Shown here: positions 1 through 10,732 of the stretch, in pieces | Numbering within the stretch: position 1 is the first letter of the stretch | Layout of the letters: every line of letters begins with the position of its first letter | Source of the DNA: Octopus bimaculoides | Lineage: Eukaryota | Length of the DNA stretch: 32,504 nucleotides | Direction: 5' to 3' | Assembly (NCBI RefSeq): GCF_001194135.2 | Contig: NC_069008.1 | Span: 4,054,042-4,086,545, forward strand | Program-made: the position numbers and the translations under genes | The notes under the pieces: model-generated | The model's database searches: none | What the model saw: only the letters and a program-made list of their open reading frames with translations | What the model was told of the DNA's origin: nothing

Positions 1-82
1 TATATATATATAAGACAGTGGTACAACAATGCACCAATATTTACTGGAAATAGCAGTCAATACTATAAAGCTTCACTGTATG

Positions 83-126
<44 letters not shown>

Positions 127-128
<2 letters not shown>

Positions 129-360
129 CTGTAAATATAATATGTGACAATTATTCGGTAGCCATGATAAAACTCTGAGTTTCGGACGTTGGGGCAGAAA
201 CCCACGCAGGCATCTTTTCAGTTATTGGGCCATCGAAAAAATGCCTTTTTTTTAATATCTGATAACTGAACAGATGCTAGCATGGGTTTCCGCCCGGACA
301 TCCGAAACTGAGAGTTTTATCATAGCTACCAAATAATTGTCACATATTATATTTGCAGAT
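127..360. mobile_element. Foldback / MITE-like inverted repeat (arms about 99 bp, 127-225 and 262-360)
   Basis: atctgtaaatataatatgtgacaattattcggtagccatgataaaactc... is the near reverse complement of ...gagttttatcatagctaccaaataattgtcacatattatatttgcagat; loop about 36 nt. Confidence 0.8.
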
Positions 361-474
361 AAATTCCTCTATTTACATAATATTGACGTTTCTTTCATTC
401 TTTTGTTGTCTTGCCATTTCTATCAATATATATATACTGGCAAAAATTCTTGTGGGCAGTGAACATAAAAAATT

Positions 475-483
475 TCATCTTAC
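475..483 (-). CDS. LRMDA: LRMDA-like gene, probable terminal coding exon 5 (V-R-stop)
   Basis: Strong acceptor tttaatgttcttcctacag| then GTA AGA TGA, phase 0, matching the exon 4 donor. The alternative is read-through of exon 4 (VGIS-stop at 873-871). Confidence 0.45.
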   Translation of the reverse strand, partial: VR

Positions 484-885
484 CTGTAGGAAGAACATTA
501 AATAAATATACAACCGAGATATCAATAATCTAGGACCTAGGTTTTGAACTTTCCAAATAATGTTTGCTAATGTAAATTTAGTTAGTTCTCATCAGCTAGA
601 TTCACCTAGACAAAATCTCAAATGTTGCTACATCAATATATACTTGTCTCAAACGCCTATCCATTAATAGACCGAGAACATTGAACATACATACATGAAC
701 ATACATATGTACTTTACATATATTCACACATACATACATAAATACTGACATAAACACAACCTGCCTTAGCTCTGATATGTGTGTATACAAAGTAAAGTGT
801 TTGAAATATTTTTAAAAATCGTGTGAAGCTACATGACTATAAATGCATCAAGGTATAGAAGCAAACACCTTCAAGAGATACCTAC

Positions 886-1015
886 CCTCTTAGCTCGCCG
901 GTTGCTCTGAAGAATAGCTCTTTGGTATATTTTCTCCGCTTCCCCACGTTCTTCATCGGTGATGCATTTGTCATCAAGAATCTCTAAAGTTGGAATCTGG
1001 CTGATGACATATTGT
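886..1015 (-). CDS. LRMDA: LRMDA-like LRR protein exon 4: (R)QYVISQIPTLEILDDKCITDEERGEAEKIYQRAILQSNRRAKR
   Basis: Acceptor ctatcttttgcag|, donor AGG|gtaggt. Encodes an LRR C-terminal cap (YR.YVI..IP.L..LD...IT..ER..A) like LRMDA/U2A'-type LRRcap. Phase 2 join with exon 3. Confidence 0.9.
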
Positions 1016-2029
1016 CTGCAAAAGATAGATTATCACAGTGTGGGCATATGTCTGCATACATACATACATATAAGACTACATACATACATACATATATATA
1101 TNNNNNNNNNNNNNNNNNNNNNNNNNNNNNNNNNNNNNNNNNNNNNNNNNNNNNNNNNNNNNNNNNNNNNNNNNNNNNNNNNNNNNNNNNNNNNNNNNNN
1201 NNNNNNNNNNNNNNNNNNNNNNNNNNNNNNNNNNNNNNNNNNNNNNNNNNNNNNNNNNNNNNNNNNNNNNNNNNNNNNNNNNNNNNNNNNNNNNNNNNNN
1301 NNNNNNNNNNNNNNNNNNNNNNNNNNNNNNNNNNNNNNNNNNNNNNNNNNNNNNNNNNNNNNNNNNNNNNNNNNNNNNNNNNNNNNNNNNNNNNNNNNNN
1401 NNNNNNNNNNNNNNNNNNNNNNNNNNNNNNNNNNNNNNNNNNNNNNNNNNNNNNNNNNNNNNNNNNNNNNNNNNNNNNNNNNNNNNNNNNNNNNNNNNNN
1501 NNNNNNNNNNNNNNNNNNNNNNNNNNNNNNNNNNNNNNNNNNNNNNNNNNNNNNNNNNNNNNNNNNNNNNNNNNNNNNNNNNNNNNNNNNNNNNNNNNNN
1601 NNNNNNNNNNNNNNNNNNNNNNNNNNNNNNNNNNNNNNNNNNNNNNNNNNNNNNNNNNNNNNNNNNNNNNNNNNNNNNNNNNNNNNNNNNNNNNNNNNNN
1701 NNNNNNNNNNNNNNNNNNNNNNNNNNNNNNNNNNNNNNNNNNNNNNNNNNNNNNNNNNNNNNNNNNNNNNNNNNNNNNNNNNNNNNNNNNNNNNNNNNNN
1801 NNNNNNNNNNNNNNNNNNNNNNNNNNNNNNNNNNNNNNNNNNNNNNNNNNNNNNNNNNNNNNNNNNNNNNNNNNNNNNNNNNNNNNNNNNNNNNNNNNNN
1901 NNNNNNNNNNNNNNNNNNNNNNNNNNNNNNNNNNNNNNNNNNNNNNNNNNNNNNNNNNNNNNNNNNNNNNNNNNNNNNNNNNNNNNNNNNNNNNNNNNNN
2001 NNNNNNNNNNNNNNNNNNNNNNNNNNNGG

Positions 2030-2209
2030 GCATCGGTACCATTTTCCTCTTTCTCCGTTCTTCCATTCTCCGAACTTTCCATCTTTCCGACGAAGGGCTA
2101 CGCCCGAAACGTCATACACTCTCTCTTTCCTTTCCTGAGCGTCCAATAATACTATCCATATCACGTCCTCACTTTGTTGTTTTTTTGTTTCTTTGTTATT
2201 GTGTTTTTG

Positions 2210-2212
<3 letters not shown>
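2030..2212 (+). mobile_element. Penelope-like element terminal repeat fragment with degenerate hammerhead-like core
   Basis: ccgacgaagggctacgcccgaaacgtc (2087-2113) followed by cctgagcgtccaataatactat and a T-rich tail, typical of Penelope-like ends. Confidence 0.6.
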
Positions 2213-2253
<41 letters not shown>

Positions 2254-2744
2254 TATATATATATGCTTAATCATAACTAAGGGAAATGGAAATAAATATA
2301 AGTTTTCACTTCCAGTGGCCTAGCGTATAAAAGTTTAGTCCAAGGACTAATGAATTACTCGTAAGATACAGTGTATATTTAAGCACATAAGAGGAATCCA
2401 CTCATGAGATTCCTTATGCTAGAAAGAACAGCTAGGTTCTAGAACCACAACATTAGGGATAAAGTCCCGAAAGGAACGAAATGAAAAAAATAAAAGCTTT
2501 TACCATCTATTTATATATATATATACCAATTAACTAAAGGCAGGTTTGTTTTNNNNNNNNNNAGGACATTTACCCTCCATGGACAATAACCTCCCTGAGG
2601 ACAACAGATGATGATTTAGAACTTCTTAATATATTGGAGATGGGGTATTGTCATCAGAGGAATTGTCCTATGGTGGGAATAACTGTCCTGATACGATATA
2701 TGTCATGGACTCTATTGTCATCAGACAACGTATGAGGATTCAGC

Positions 2745-2992
2745 AATTTCTTGCTGAGCAACCACACAGATGATTTGTTTATAGTGATCAAATGTTTGTG
2801 TACACACAAGCTCACTCCCTCCATCAAATTGACATTACCTGTACAGGTGCACCATGTGCCACATGTCAGATGACGAAATGGAGCAACTTGAAATTCAGTG
2901 CTTTGCTCAAGAACACAACACAACGCCTGGTCTGGGAATCAAACACACAATCTCACAATACTGAGTGAAACACCCTAACCACTAAGCCATGA
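2745..2992 (-). mobile_element. tRNA-derived SINE, degenerate
   Basis: Minus strand catggcttagtggttagggtg...gtttgattcccagacc (A/B-box-like), then ttcttgagcaaagcac body. Confidence 0.6.
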
Positions 2993-3007
2993 ACACTCAT
3001 AAATATG

Positions 3008-3052
<45 letters not shown>

Positions 3053-3348
3053 NNNNNNNNNNNNNNNNNNNNNNNNNNNNNNNNNNNNNNNNNNNNNNNN
3101 NNNNNNNNNNNNNNNNNNNNNNNNNNNNNNNNNNNNNNNNNNNNNNNNNNNNNNNNNNNNNNNNNNNNNNNNNNNNNNNNNNNNNNNNNNNNNNNNNNNN
3201 NNNNNNNNNNNNNNNNNNNNNNNNNNNNNNNNNNNNNNNNNNNNNNNNNNNNNNNNNNNNNNNNNNNNNNNNNNNNNNNNNNNNNNNNNNNNNNNNNNNN
3301 NNNNNNNNNNNNNNNNNNNNNNNNNNNNNNNNNNNNNNNNNNNNNNNA

Positions 3349-3507
3349 GAATTTAGTAAAATAACTTTATCATCATTAAGCTACTGTTAGGAACATAAAT
3401 TGTGACTAAGGTTTGGTGGAAGATTTTAATTCAAAACTTATGAAAACAAGACATTTGTACTACAGAGCCAGAGATGGTTACAGCCGGGTTGGTATCAAAA
3501 GGGTTAA
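3349..3507. mobile_element. TTAA-ended MITE copy (left part lost in N gap)
   Basis: Near-identical to 3652-3881, ends tggtatcaaaagggTTAA. Confidence 0.6.
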
Positions 3508-3651
3508 AAACACCTCTACATTTGGGCAGATGGACATTAGAAGCAGTTGGAAGGGTGTGGATTGAAGAAAATTTAAGCTGTTATTTCTAGCATATAAAGT
3601 GACCACATTGAGGTCTCCTTCTCTCATGTCTTCTGCTGATTATTTTTCTTC

Positions 3652-3881
3652 TTAACCCTTTTCTTACCATATTTCTGTTGAGATGCTCTGTGTTTCTTTC
3701 AATTAATTTTAAATATAACAAAGAATTTAGTAAAATAACTTTGTTATAATTAAGCTAGAGTTAGGAACATAAATTGTGACTAAGGTTTGGTGGAAGATTT
3801 TAATTGAGAACTTTTGAAAACAAGACATTTGTACTACAGAGTCAGAGGTGGTTTCAACCAGGTTGGTATTAAAAGTGTTAA
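3652..3881. mobile_element. TTAA-flanked MITE (piggyBac-like termini)
   Basis: TTAAcccttttcttacca ... tggtattaaaagtgTTAA imperfect TIRs; related copies at 3349-3507 and about 31120-31530. Confidence 0.6.
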
Positions 3882-3898
3882 GGGAAGAAATGTCTCAC

Positions 3899-4019
3899 CT
3901 GTAATCTACATATTGCTGGTATGTGCCGCCATTGAAATAACTCGGTGCTGCATCGTTGTTCATCAAACTCAGGTATTTCAGCTTTGGACAACTTTTGGCG
4001 ATGGAATATATGAACACAC
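3899..4019 (-). CDS. LRMDA: LRMDA-like exon 3: (G)[39 protein letters not shown](R)
   Basis: Acceptor tttgtcacttcag|, donor AG|gtgaga. LRR motif LKYLSLMNN aligns with LEYLSLLGN of LRMDA. Phase 1 in, phase 2 out. Confidence 0.92.
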
Positions 4020-4179
4020 CTGAAGTGACAAACAGACAGACAGAGAAATAGATAAACAAGACTCATGCAGAAATGCACGGATTGCTTGTTAGGGTGGGTG
4101 GAGCCTTGCTCAAAGCATTGTTTAGTTTTGGGGCTACAGATGGTATATTTGGGGCTATATATACATATATATATATACA

Positions 4180-4319
4180 GGCACAGGATTGTCTGTATGG
4201 TAAGTAGCTTGCTTACCAACCACATAGTTCTGGGTTCAGTCCCACTGCGTGGCATCTTGGGCAAGTGTCTTCTACTATAGCCGCAGGCTGACCAAAGCCT
4301 TGTGAGTGGATTTGGTAGA
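4180..4319 (+). mobile_element. tRNA-derived SINE family A (CORE-like), 5' part
   Basis: ggcacagg...tggtaagtagcttgcttaccaaccacatagttctgggttcagtcccactgcgtggcatcttgggcaagtgtc; B-box-like GGTTCAGTCCC. Confidence 0.85.
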
Positions 4320-4320
4320 T

Positions 4321-4372
4321 TGAACCCAGAACTATGTAGTTGGTAAGCAAGCTACTTACCACACAGCCACTC

Positions 4373-4406
<34 letters not shown>

Positions 4407-4566
4407 GACAAGCTTCTTTCAGTTTCAGTCTACCAAATCCAGTCACAAGGCTTTGGTTGGTCCGAGGCTGTAGAAGAAGATACATGCCCGAGGTACCACA
4501 CAGTGGGACTGAACCCTGAACCATTTGGTTGGGAAGCAAGCTACACACTACACAGCTACTCCTGCA
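4321..4566 (-). mobile_element. SINE family A, head fragment plus 5' copy, inverted relative to 4180-4319
   Basis: Reverse complement of the same head and body. Confidence 0.85.
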
Positions 4567-4619
4567 TATAACGAATTTATGATAAATAAACGAATAAATA
4601 GCATTAAAAAAAAACTTAC

Positions 4620-4759
4620 CTAAATTTTCAACCTTGTTGTGATTCAACCAGAGTGTGTGTAGATCGGACATGACAGGTAGTTTTATGTGTGAGCGGATCG
4701 TGTTGTGGTCAAGAATGAGAGTGGACAAGAGCGGGAAGTGGGAGAGGAATCGGAGATCA
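4620..4759 (-). CDS. LRMDA: LRMDA-like exon 2: (S)DLRFLSHFPLLSTLILDHNTIRSHIKLPVMSDLHTLWLNHNKVENL(G)
   Basis: Two canonical LRR units (LxxLxLxxN). Donor TTAG|gtaagt. 5' boundary is non-canonical (..cttctcttat|T GAT), preceded by a U12 branch site. Confidence 0.92.
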
Positions 4760-5446
4760 ATAAGAGAAGGTCAAGGAAATCAATTGGAAGCAAATGAGAT
4801 TTATATACAATAAAGGCCTTTGAATGTCATAGAAAAACATGTAATACATATCATCAGCATTTAAATTAGCCTTAGCTTCCTCAGCATGTGTTACCATGAT
4901 TAGAGACTCCCTACCTATCGTTTTGAAGTCTGTGCCGCAACTGATTCGTTTTGCACCGAAATCATGGCAGCCACTAATGTGGAAATAATCTCGATACAAA
5001 TAGCAAACAATATACGAGAAAAATAATTCATGAAAAATTAATTTGTGATGATATCATTAATTCTGTTATTATCCAATGTAACAATTTAAAAAAACGATAA
5101 TAACAGAATCAATATTATAGGCGATTACAGGGCCAAAAGAAGCATTAAATAACTGATAGATTAAAATTAATTAAAAGACATACTGAGTATGTCTACATGC
5201 TGGAAATAACAGTCAAAACTCTTATTTAAATCCTTCAAGGCGGTGCTCCAGAAAGGCTACCTTCAAATGACTGAAACATATAAAAGAGTTTTTTCTACTC
5301 TAGGTACAAGGCTCGAAATTTTGGAGGAGGGGGCCAGTCGATTAGATTGACGACCTCCAATACGCAACTGGCTTTAATTTATTGACCCCCAAAAGGATGA
5401 AAGGCAAAAAAACAAGGAAAGGAATAAAAGAATGAAAAAATAACAG

Positions 5447-5483
<37 letters not shown>

Positions 5484-5485
<2 letters not shown>

Positions 5486-5915
5486 TCTCTTTTACTGGAG
5501 CACCGCCTTTAGTCGAGCAAATCGACCCCAGGACATATTCTTTGTAAGCCTAGTACTTATTCTATCGGTCATTTTTGCTGAACCACTACGTTACGGGGGA
5601 CNNNNNNNNNNNNNNNNNNNNNNNNNNNNNNNNNNNNNNNNNNNNNNNNNNNNNNNNNNNNNNNNNNNNNNNNNNNNNNNNNNNNNNNNNNNNNNNNNNN
5701 NNNNNNNNNNNNNNNNNNNNNNNNNNNNNNNNNNNNNNNNNNNNNNNNNNNNNNNNNNNNNNNNNNNNNNNNNNNNNNNNNNNNNNNNNNNNNNNNNNNN
5801 NNNNNNNNNNNNNNNNNNNNNNNNNNNNNNNNNCACTACGTTACGGGGGACATAAACACACCACCATCAGTTGTCAAGAGATGTTGGGGGGACAAACACA
5901 GACACACAAACATAT

Positions 5916-5981
<66 letters not shown>

Positions 5982-6180
5982 GTATATATATATATGTGTG
6001 TATATATATATATACATACATATATACGACAGGCTTCTTTCAGTTTCCGTCTACCACAAGGCTTTGATCGGCCTGAGGCTATAGTAGAAGACACTTGCCC
6101 AAGGTGCCATGCAGTGGGACTGAACCTGGAACCATGTGGTTGGTAAGCAAGCTACTTACCACACAGCCACTCCTGCACCT
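5484..6180 (-). mobile_element. SINE family A, full length, interrupted by an N gap
   Basis: Tail actctcttttact...gagcaccgcctttagtcgagcaaatcgaccccagg through head accacacagccactcctgcacc, with internal AT microsatellite. Confidence 0.85.
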
Positions 6181-6574
6181 AAATTATATTCGACCACGAC
6201 GGTTTGTATATATATACAGACACACATGCACATACGCACATGCATATAAAGACACACACACACATACATATATACATGTTACACACATTATATATATGTT
6301 TATATATATATATATACACACACACACACGCACGCACACACACACACACACTGAGTTAATGCATGAAAAACAGGACATGTGTGCATCTGTATCATTGCTG
6401 CACTTATTCTACACATCTGTGAACAGCTGTTACAGACACGAAATCATCATCACCATTATTATCATCATCATCATCATCATCAACGTAATCATCATCATCA
6501 TTATCGTCGTCATCTTCTATATACGATGAAGTTGACATGGTTGTGAGGGATTAAGGTGGATTATTACTTAAGTC

Positions 6575-6643
6575 CTATTCATATGTATGTATGTATGTGA
6601 GTGTGTGTTGATGTGTGTGTGTATATACGTATATATAAATGCA

Positions 6644-6686
<43 letters not shown>

Positions 6687-6772
6687 CATATGCATACATT
6701 CATATATGTATGTATACATGTATATCTATACATACATATACACATGTATATATACATAGATATACATGTACT

Positions 6773-6804
<32 letters not shown>

Positions 6805-6880
6805 TATATACATATATATAAACATACATGTGTATGTATGTATGTATGTATGCATGTATGTATGTATGTGTGTATGTATG
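6575..6880. repeat. Compound AT/GT/ATGT microsatellite
   Basis: Visible di- and tetranucleotide tracts; source of the spurious YI/CV ORFs. Confidence 0.95.
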
Positions 6881-7217
6881 GAAAAAGAGGGAGAAGTACA
6901 GGTGTGGTGTGTGATAATCTTTCTTGATCTGTTAATAATAACCTTGTTTTNNNNNNNNNNNNNNNNNNNNNNNNNNNNNNNNNNNNNNNNNNNNNNNNNN
7001 NNNNNNNNNNNNNNNNNNNNNNNNNNNNNNNNNNNNNNNNNNNNNNNNNNNNNNNNNNNNNNNNNNNNNNNNNNNNNNNNNNNNNNNNNNNNNNNNNNNN
7101 NNNNNNNNNNNNNNNNNNNNNNNNNNNNNNNNNNNNNNNNNNNNNNNNNNNNNNNNNNNNNNNNNNNNNNNNNNNNNNNNNNNNNNNNNNNNNNNNNNNN
7201 NNNNNNNNNNNNNNNNN

Positions 7218-7440
7218 ATGATGATAGTGGTGATGGTGACAACGATGTTGGTTAGATGGGGAGGGGAGTTGATAGTGGTGGTAGTAGGGAAGGTGGTGGT
7301 GGTGGTGGTGGTGGTGGTGGTGGTGGTGATGGTGGTGGTGGTGGTAGTGATGATGACAGATAGTGGCAGTTGTAACAATGATGACATGGTTATGGCTTGG
7401 TATTGCTAGACATTGTGATGACAGTGGTTGTGGGTGGTTT
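7218..7440. repeat. (GGT/GAT)n degenerate triplet microsatellite
   Basis: Direct inspection. Confidence 0.85.
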
Positions 7441-7539
7441 TCTAGAGTGAGAGATAGGTGGTTGCTGTCAAGGAAACAGATTCAGTAGGAAACTCACATC
7501 TCCAAACACATCAGATATTCCACCACTGTACCAAAGAAA

Positions 7540-8240
7540 TTGACCCCAGGACTTATTCTTTGTAAACCTAGTTTCTATTGGTCTTTTGCCGAACTGCTAA
7601 GTTACGAGGACGTAAACACACCAACATTGGTTGTTAAGCGATGGTAGGAGGACAAACAAAAGCACTGCCCTTTTATCAGACTATTTTCCTTAGTCCTTGC
7701 ACGGTGATCGCCATAAGCTTTAAGCTTATATGAAAATACCATTATTATTATTTACAGAATTGTAAATCACGGCGCCGTAATAAAAAAACCATCTGCAGTG
7801 AAAGCAAATAGAAAGTTTGTTTACATAAAAACAAACATGGACTATTACATTTCTTAAATTTGACAGAAAGAGGGAGGCTGATTCGCTGGTGTAAAGATAA
7901 CACACATGGTTGTGTTAACAAAGAGATGTGGGTTTGACTCCCATGCAGATAGCAAAGCCTTCTTTTTTCTGTGGAGGGCTTATATGCCCCTTAATTAGAC
8001 TATTTTCTTTAGTCATTGCAGGGTGATCGCCATAAGCTTGAGGCTTATATAAAAATACCATATATATATATATATATATGATAGGCTTCTTTCAGTTTCC
8101 ATCTACCAAATCCACTCACAAGGCTTTGGTCGGCCCGAGGCTATAGCAGAAGACACATGTGCAAGGTGCCACATAGCAGGGGTGAACCCGGAACCATGTG
8201 GTTGGGAAACAAGCTTCTTGCCACACAGTCATGCCTGCAC
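7540..8240 (-). mobile_element. SINE family A split by a nested insertion at about 7666-8060
   Basis: Tail half 7540-7655 and head half 8075-8240 flank unrelated sequence. Confidence 0.75.
7666..8060. repeat. Two 76-bp direct repeats (7666-7741, 7985-8060) around a 243-bp core with a tRNA-like segment
   Basis: tgcccttttatcagactattttcc...aatacca versus tgccccttaattagactattttct...aatacca; core contains gggtttgactccc (B-box-like). Confidence 0.7.
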
Positions 8241-9236
8241 CTATTTGTAGAATATTCCATTAAAACATATCCATTTTTCTATAAGTTATGAGGAAACAAA
8301 GTCGGTGGGGGGGGGGCATCTGTGTAGGTATGTCCCACAGGCATCCATCAACTTTTTCTATCCTAAAGGGATTTCTGAACCCATTATTTACATGCTACTA
8401 TTTATAGCTTTACCTGCTTCAAGATTCACTGTTCCAATAANNNNNNNNNNNNNNNNNNNNNNNNNNNNNNNNNNNNNNNNNNNNNNNNNNNNNNNNNNNN
8501 NNNNNNNNNNNNNNNNNNNNNNNNNNNNNNNNNNNNNNNNNNNNNNNNNNNNNNNNNNNNNNNNNNNNNNNNNNNNNNNNNNNNNNNNNNNNNNNNNNNN
8601 NNNNNNNNNNNNNNNNNNNNNNNNNNNNNNNNNNNNNNNNNNNNNNNNNNNNNNNNNNNNNNNNNNNNNNNNNNNNNNNNNNNNNNNNNNNNNNNNNNNN
8701 NNNNNNNNNNNNNNNNNNNNNNNNNNNNNNNNNNNNNNNNNNNNNNNNNNNNNNNNNNNNNNNNNNNNNNNNNNNNNNNNNNNNNNNNNNNNNNNNNNNN
8801 NNNNNNNNNNNNNNNNNNNNNNNNNNNNNNNNNNNNNNNNNNNNNNNNNNNNNNNNNNNNNNNNNNNNNNNNNNNNNNNNNNNNNNNNNNNNNNNNNNNN
8901 NNNNNNNNNNNNNNNNNNNNNNNNNNNNNNNNNNNNNNNNNNNNNNNNNNNNNNNNNNNNNNNNNNNNNNNNNNNNNNNNNNNNNNNNNNNNNNNNNNNN
9001 NNNNNNNNNNNNNNNNNNNNNNNNNNNNNNNNNNNNNNNNNNNNNNNNNNNNNNNNNNNNNNNNNNNNNNNNNNNNNNNNNNNNNNNNNNNNNNNNNNNN
9101 NNNNNNNNNNNNNNNNNNNNNNNNNNNNNNNNNNNNNNNNNNNNNNNNNNNNNNNNNNNNNNNNNNNNNNNNNNNNNNNNNNNNNNNNNNNNNNNNNNNN
9201 NNNNNNNNNNNNNNNNNNNNNNNNNNNNNNNNNNNN

Positions 9237-9288
<52 letters not shown>

Positions 9289-9427
9289 GAAATACACACA
9301 CACACACACATTCACATACAAACATATCTATCAACTTATCTATACACACATAGATAGACAGACAGATAGACAAACAGATAGATAGATAGCTATGTATGTA
9401 TGTATTTTCATTCTTTTTGACTCTTCC

Positions 9428-9476
<49 letters not shown>

Positions 9477-9833
9477 NNNNNNNNNNNNNNNNNNNNNNNN
9501 NNNNNNNNNNNNNNNNNNNNNNNNNNNNNNNNNNNNNNNNNNNNNNNNNNNNNNNNNNNNNNNNNNNNNNNNNNNNNNNNNNNNNNNNNNNNNNNNNNNN
9601 NNNNNNNNNNNNNNNNNNNNNNNNNNNNNNNNNNNNNNNNNNNNNNNNNNNNNNNNNNNNNNNNNNNNNNNNNNNNNNNNNNNNNNNNNNNNNNNNNNNN
9701 NNNNNNNNNNNNNNNNNNNNNNNNNNNNNNNNNNNNNNNNNNNNNNNNNNNNNNNNNNNNNNNNNNNNNNNNNNNNNNNNNNNNNNNNNNNNNNNNNNNN
9801 NNNNNNNNNNNNNNNNNNNNNNNNNNNNNNNNN

Positions 9834-9870
<37 letters not shown>

Positions 9871-9873
<3 letters not shown>

Positions 9874-10726
9874 ACCTGATCACTAAGTATCTGGACAGTT
9901 GCCATAGTAACAAAGGTGAAGCATGCAGAGTGAAGCTCCTTGGCACAGATTGACCTTGAACTCTGCTGTGCAAACACACTAAGTTTTAATGTTCTTTCTC
10001 ACTTTTGCTGTTTACAGTAGTGCTTGGAAGGAAGGTGTGTAGCATGTGATTGTTGCATTGACCATGACAGAGAAAGTTGAGCAGAGAATCCAAAAGCTTG
10101 GTGATAACTGCTCAGATGCCTATGCAAAGTTTCCAGAATGCTTTGACACAACCAAGGAGATTTTGTTCAACTGAAACCCGAGTGTCTTTTTGGTCAGCTG
10201 AAAGCGGTTTTGGCACAAACTTGGCAGACACGCGCCTCATACCCAAATCTTCAGTGATAATGGACTGAACTGAACCGTAATTAATCTCCACATCCTCTGA
10301 TAACTCACAGATGGTGATTCAACAATTTCCCCTCACAGCTGCATACACATCTGCCATGTTTTTCTCAGTTCTGCTGGTTGTGAGTCTCCCAGAATGTTCG
10401 TCAATATCGACATTTTTTTCAGCCATCTTGGAAACGTCTGAACCACTCATACATTTGTGTGGGGCTCATACACTCTCTGCAACTTTGCCTAGGCCTCTGA
10501 GCAGGTATCACCAAGACAACTTTCTCTGTTGTGGTCAATGCGATGATTACACGCTACACACCTCCCTTCCAAGCACTGCTGTAAACAGTAGAAGTGAACT
10601 AGAACGTTAAAACTTAGTGTTCATGCACAGCTGAGTTTAAGGTCAATCTTTGCCAAGTGGCTTCACTCTGCATGCTTTGGCTTCGTTTCTATGGCAACAG
10701 TCCGGATACTTATTGATCAGACCTCG
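9871..10726. mobile_element. Non-autonomous mariner made of two inverted 5' ends, with decayed transposase N-terminus on the minus strand
   Basis: Inverted repeats of at least 200 bp (right end ...ttattgatcagacctcg|TA). Minus-strand remnant reads YEWFRRFQDG..NVDIDEHSGRLTTSRTE...TICELSEDVEINYGSVQSIITEDLGMRRVSAKFVPKPL (HTH plus WVP-like motif), with stops. Confidence 0.85.
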
Positions 10727-10732
10727 TATATA

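Noticed and set aside
602-690. Minus ORF tail RLRQVYIDVATFEILSR as a possible LRMDA-like exon
   Set aside because: The only nearby AG gives AFETSIY-stop in phase 0, with a weak pyrimidine tract; the acceptor at 484 is stronger
2390-2492. Second hammerhead-like motif (CTCATGAG...aggaacGAAA)
   Set aside because: Core G5 is replaced, and no stem III or NUH cleavage site follows GAAA
4915-4973. Exon-like 59-nt segment on the minus strand (cattag|...ATAG|gtaggg)
   Set aside because: It ends in phase 1, which is incompatible with exon 2; it has no U12 branch site to pair with the U12 donor and no LRR character
5584-5851. Identical 18-mer cactacgttacgggggac on both sides of an N gap
   Set aside because: Most likely an unmerged contig overlap inside one SINE (assembly artefact), not a duplication
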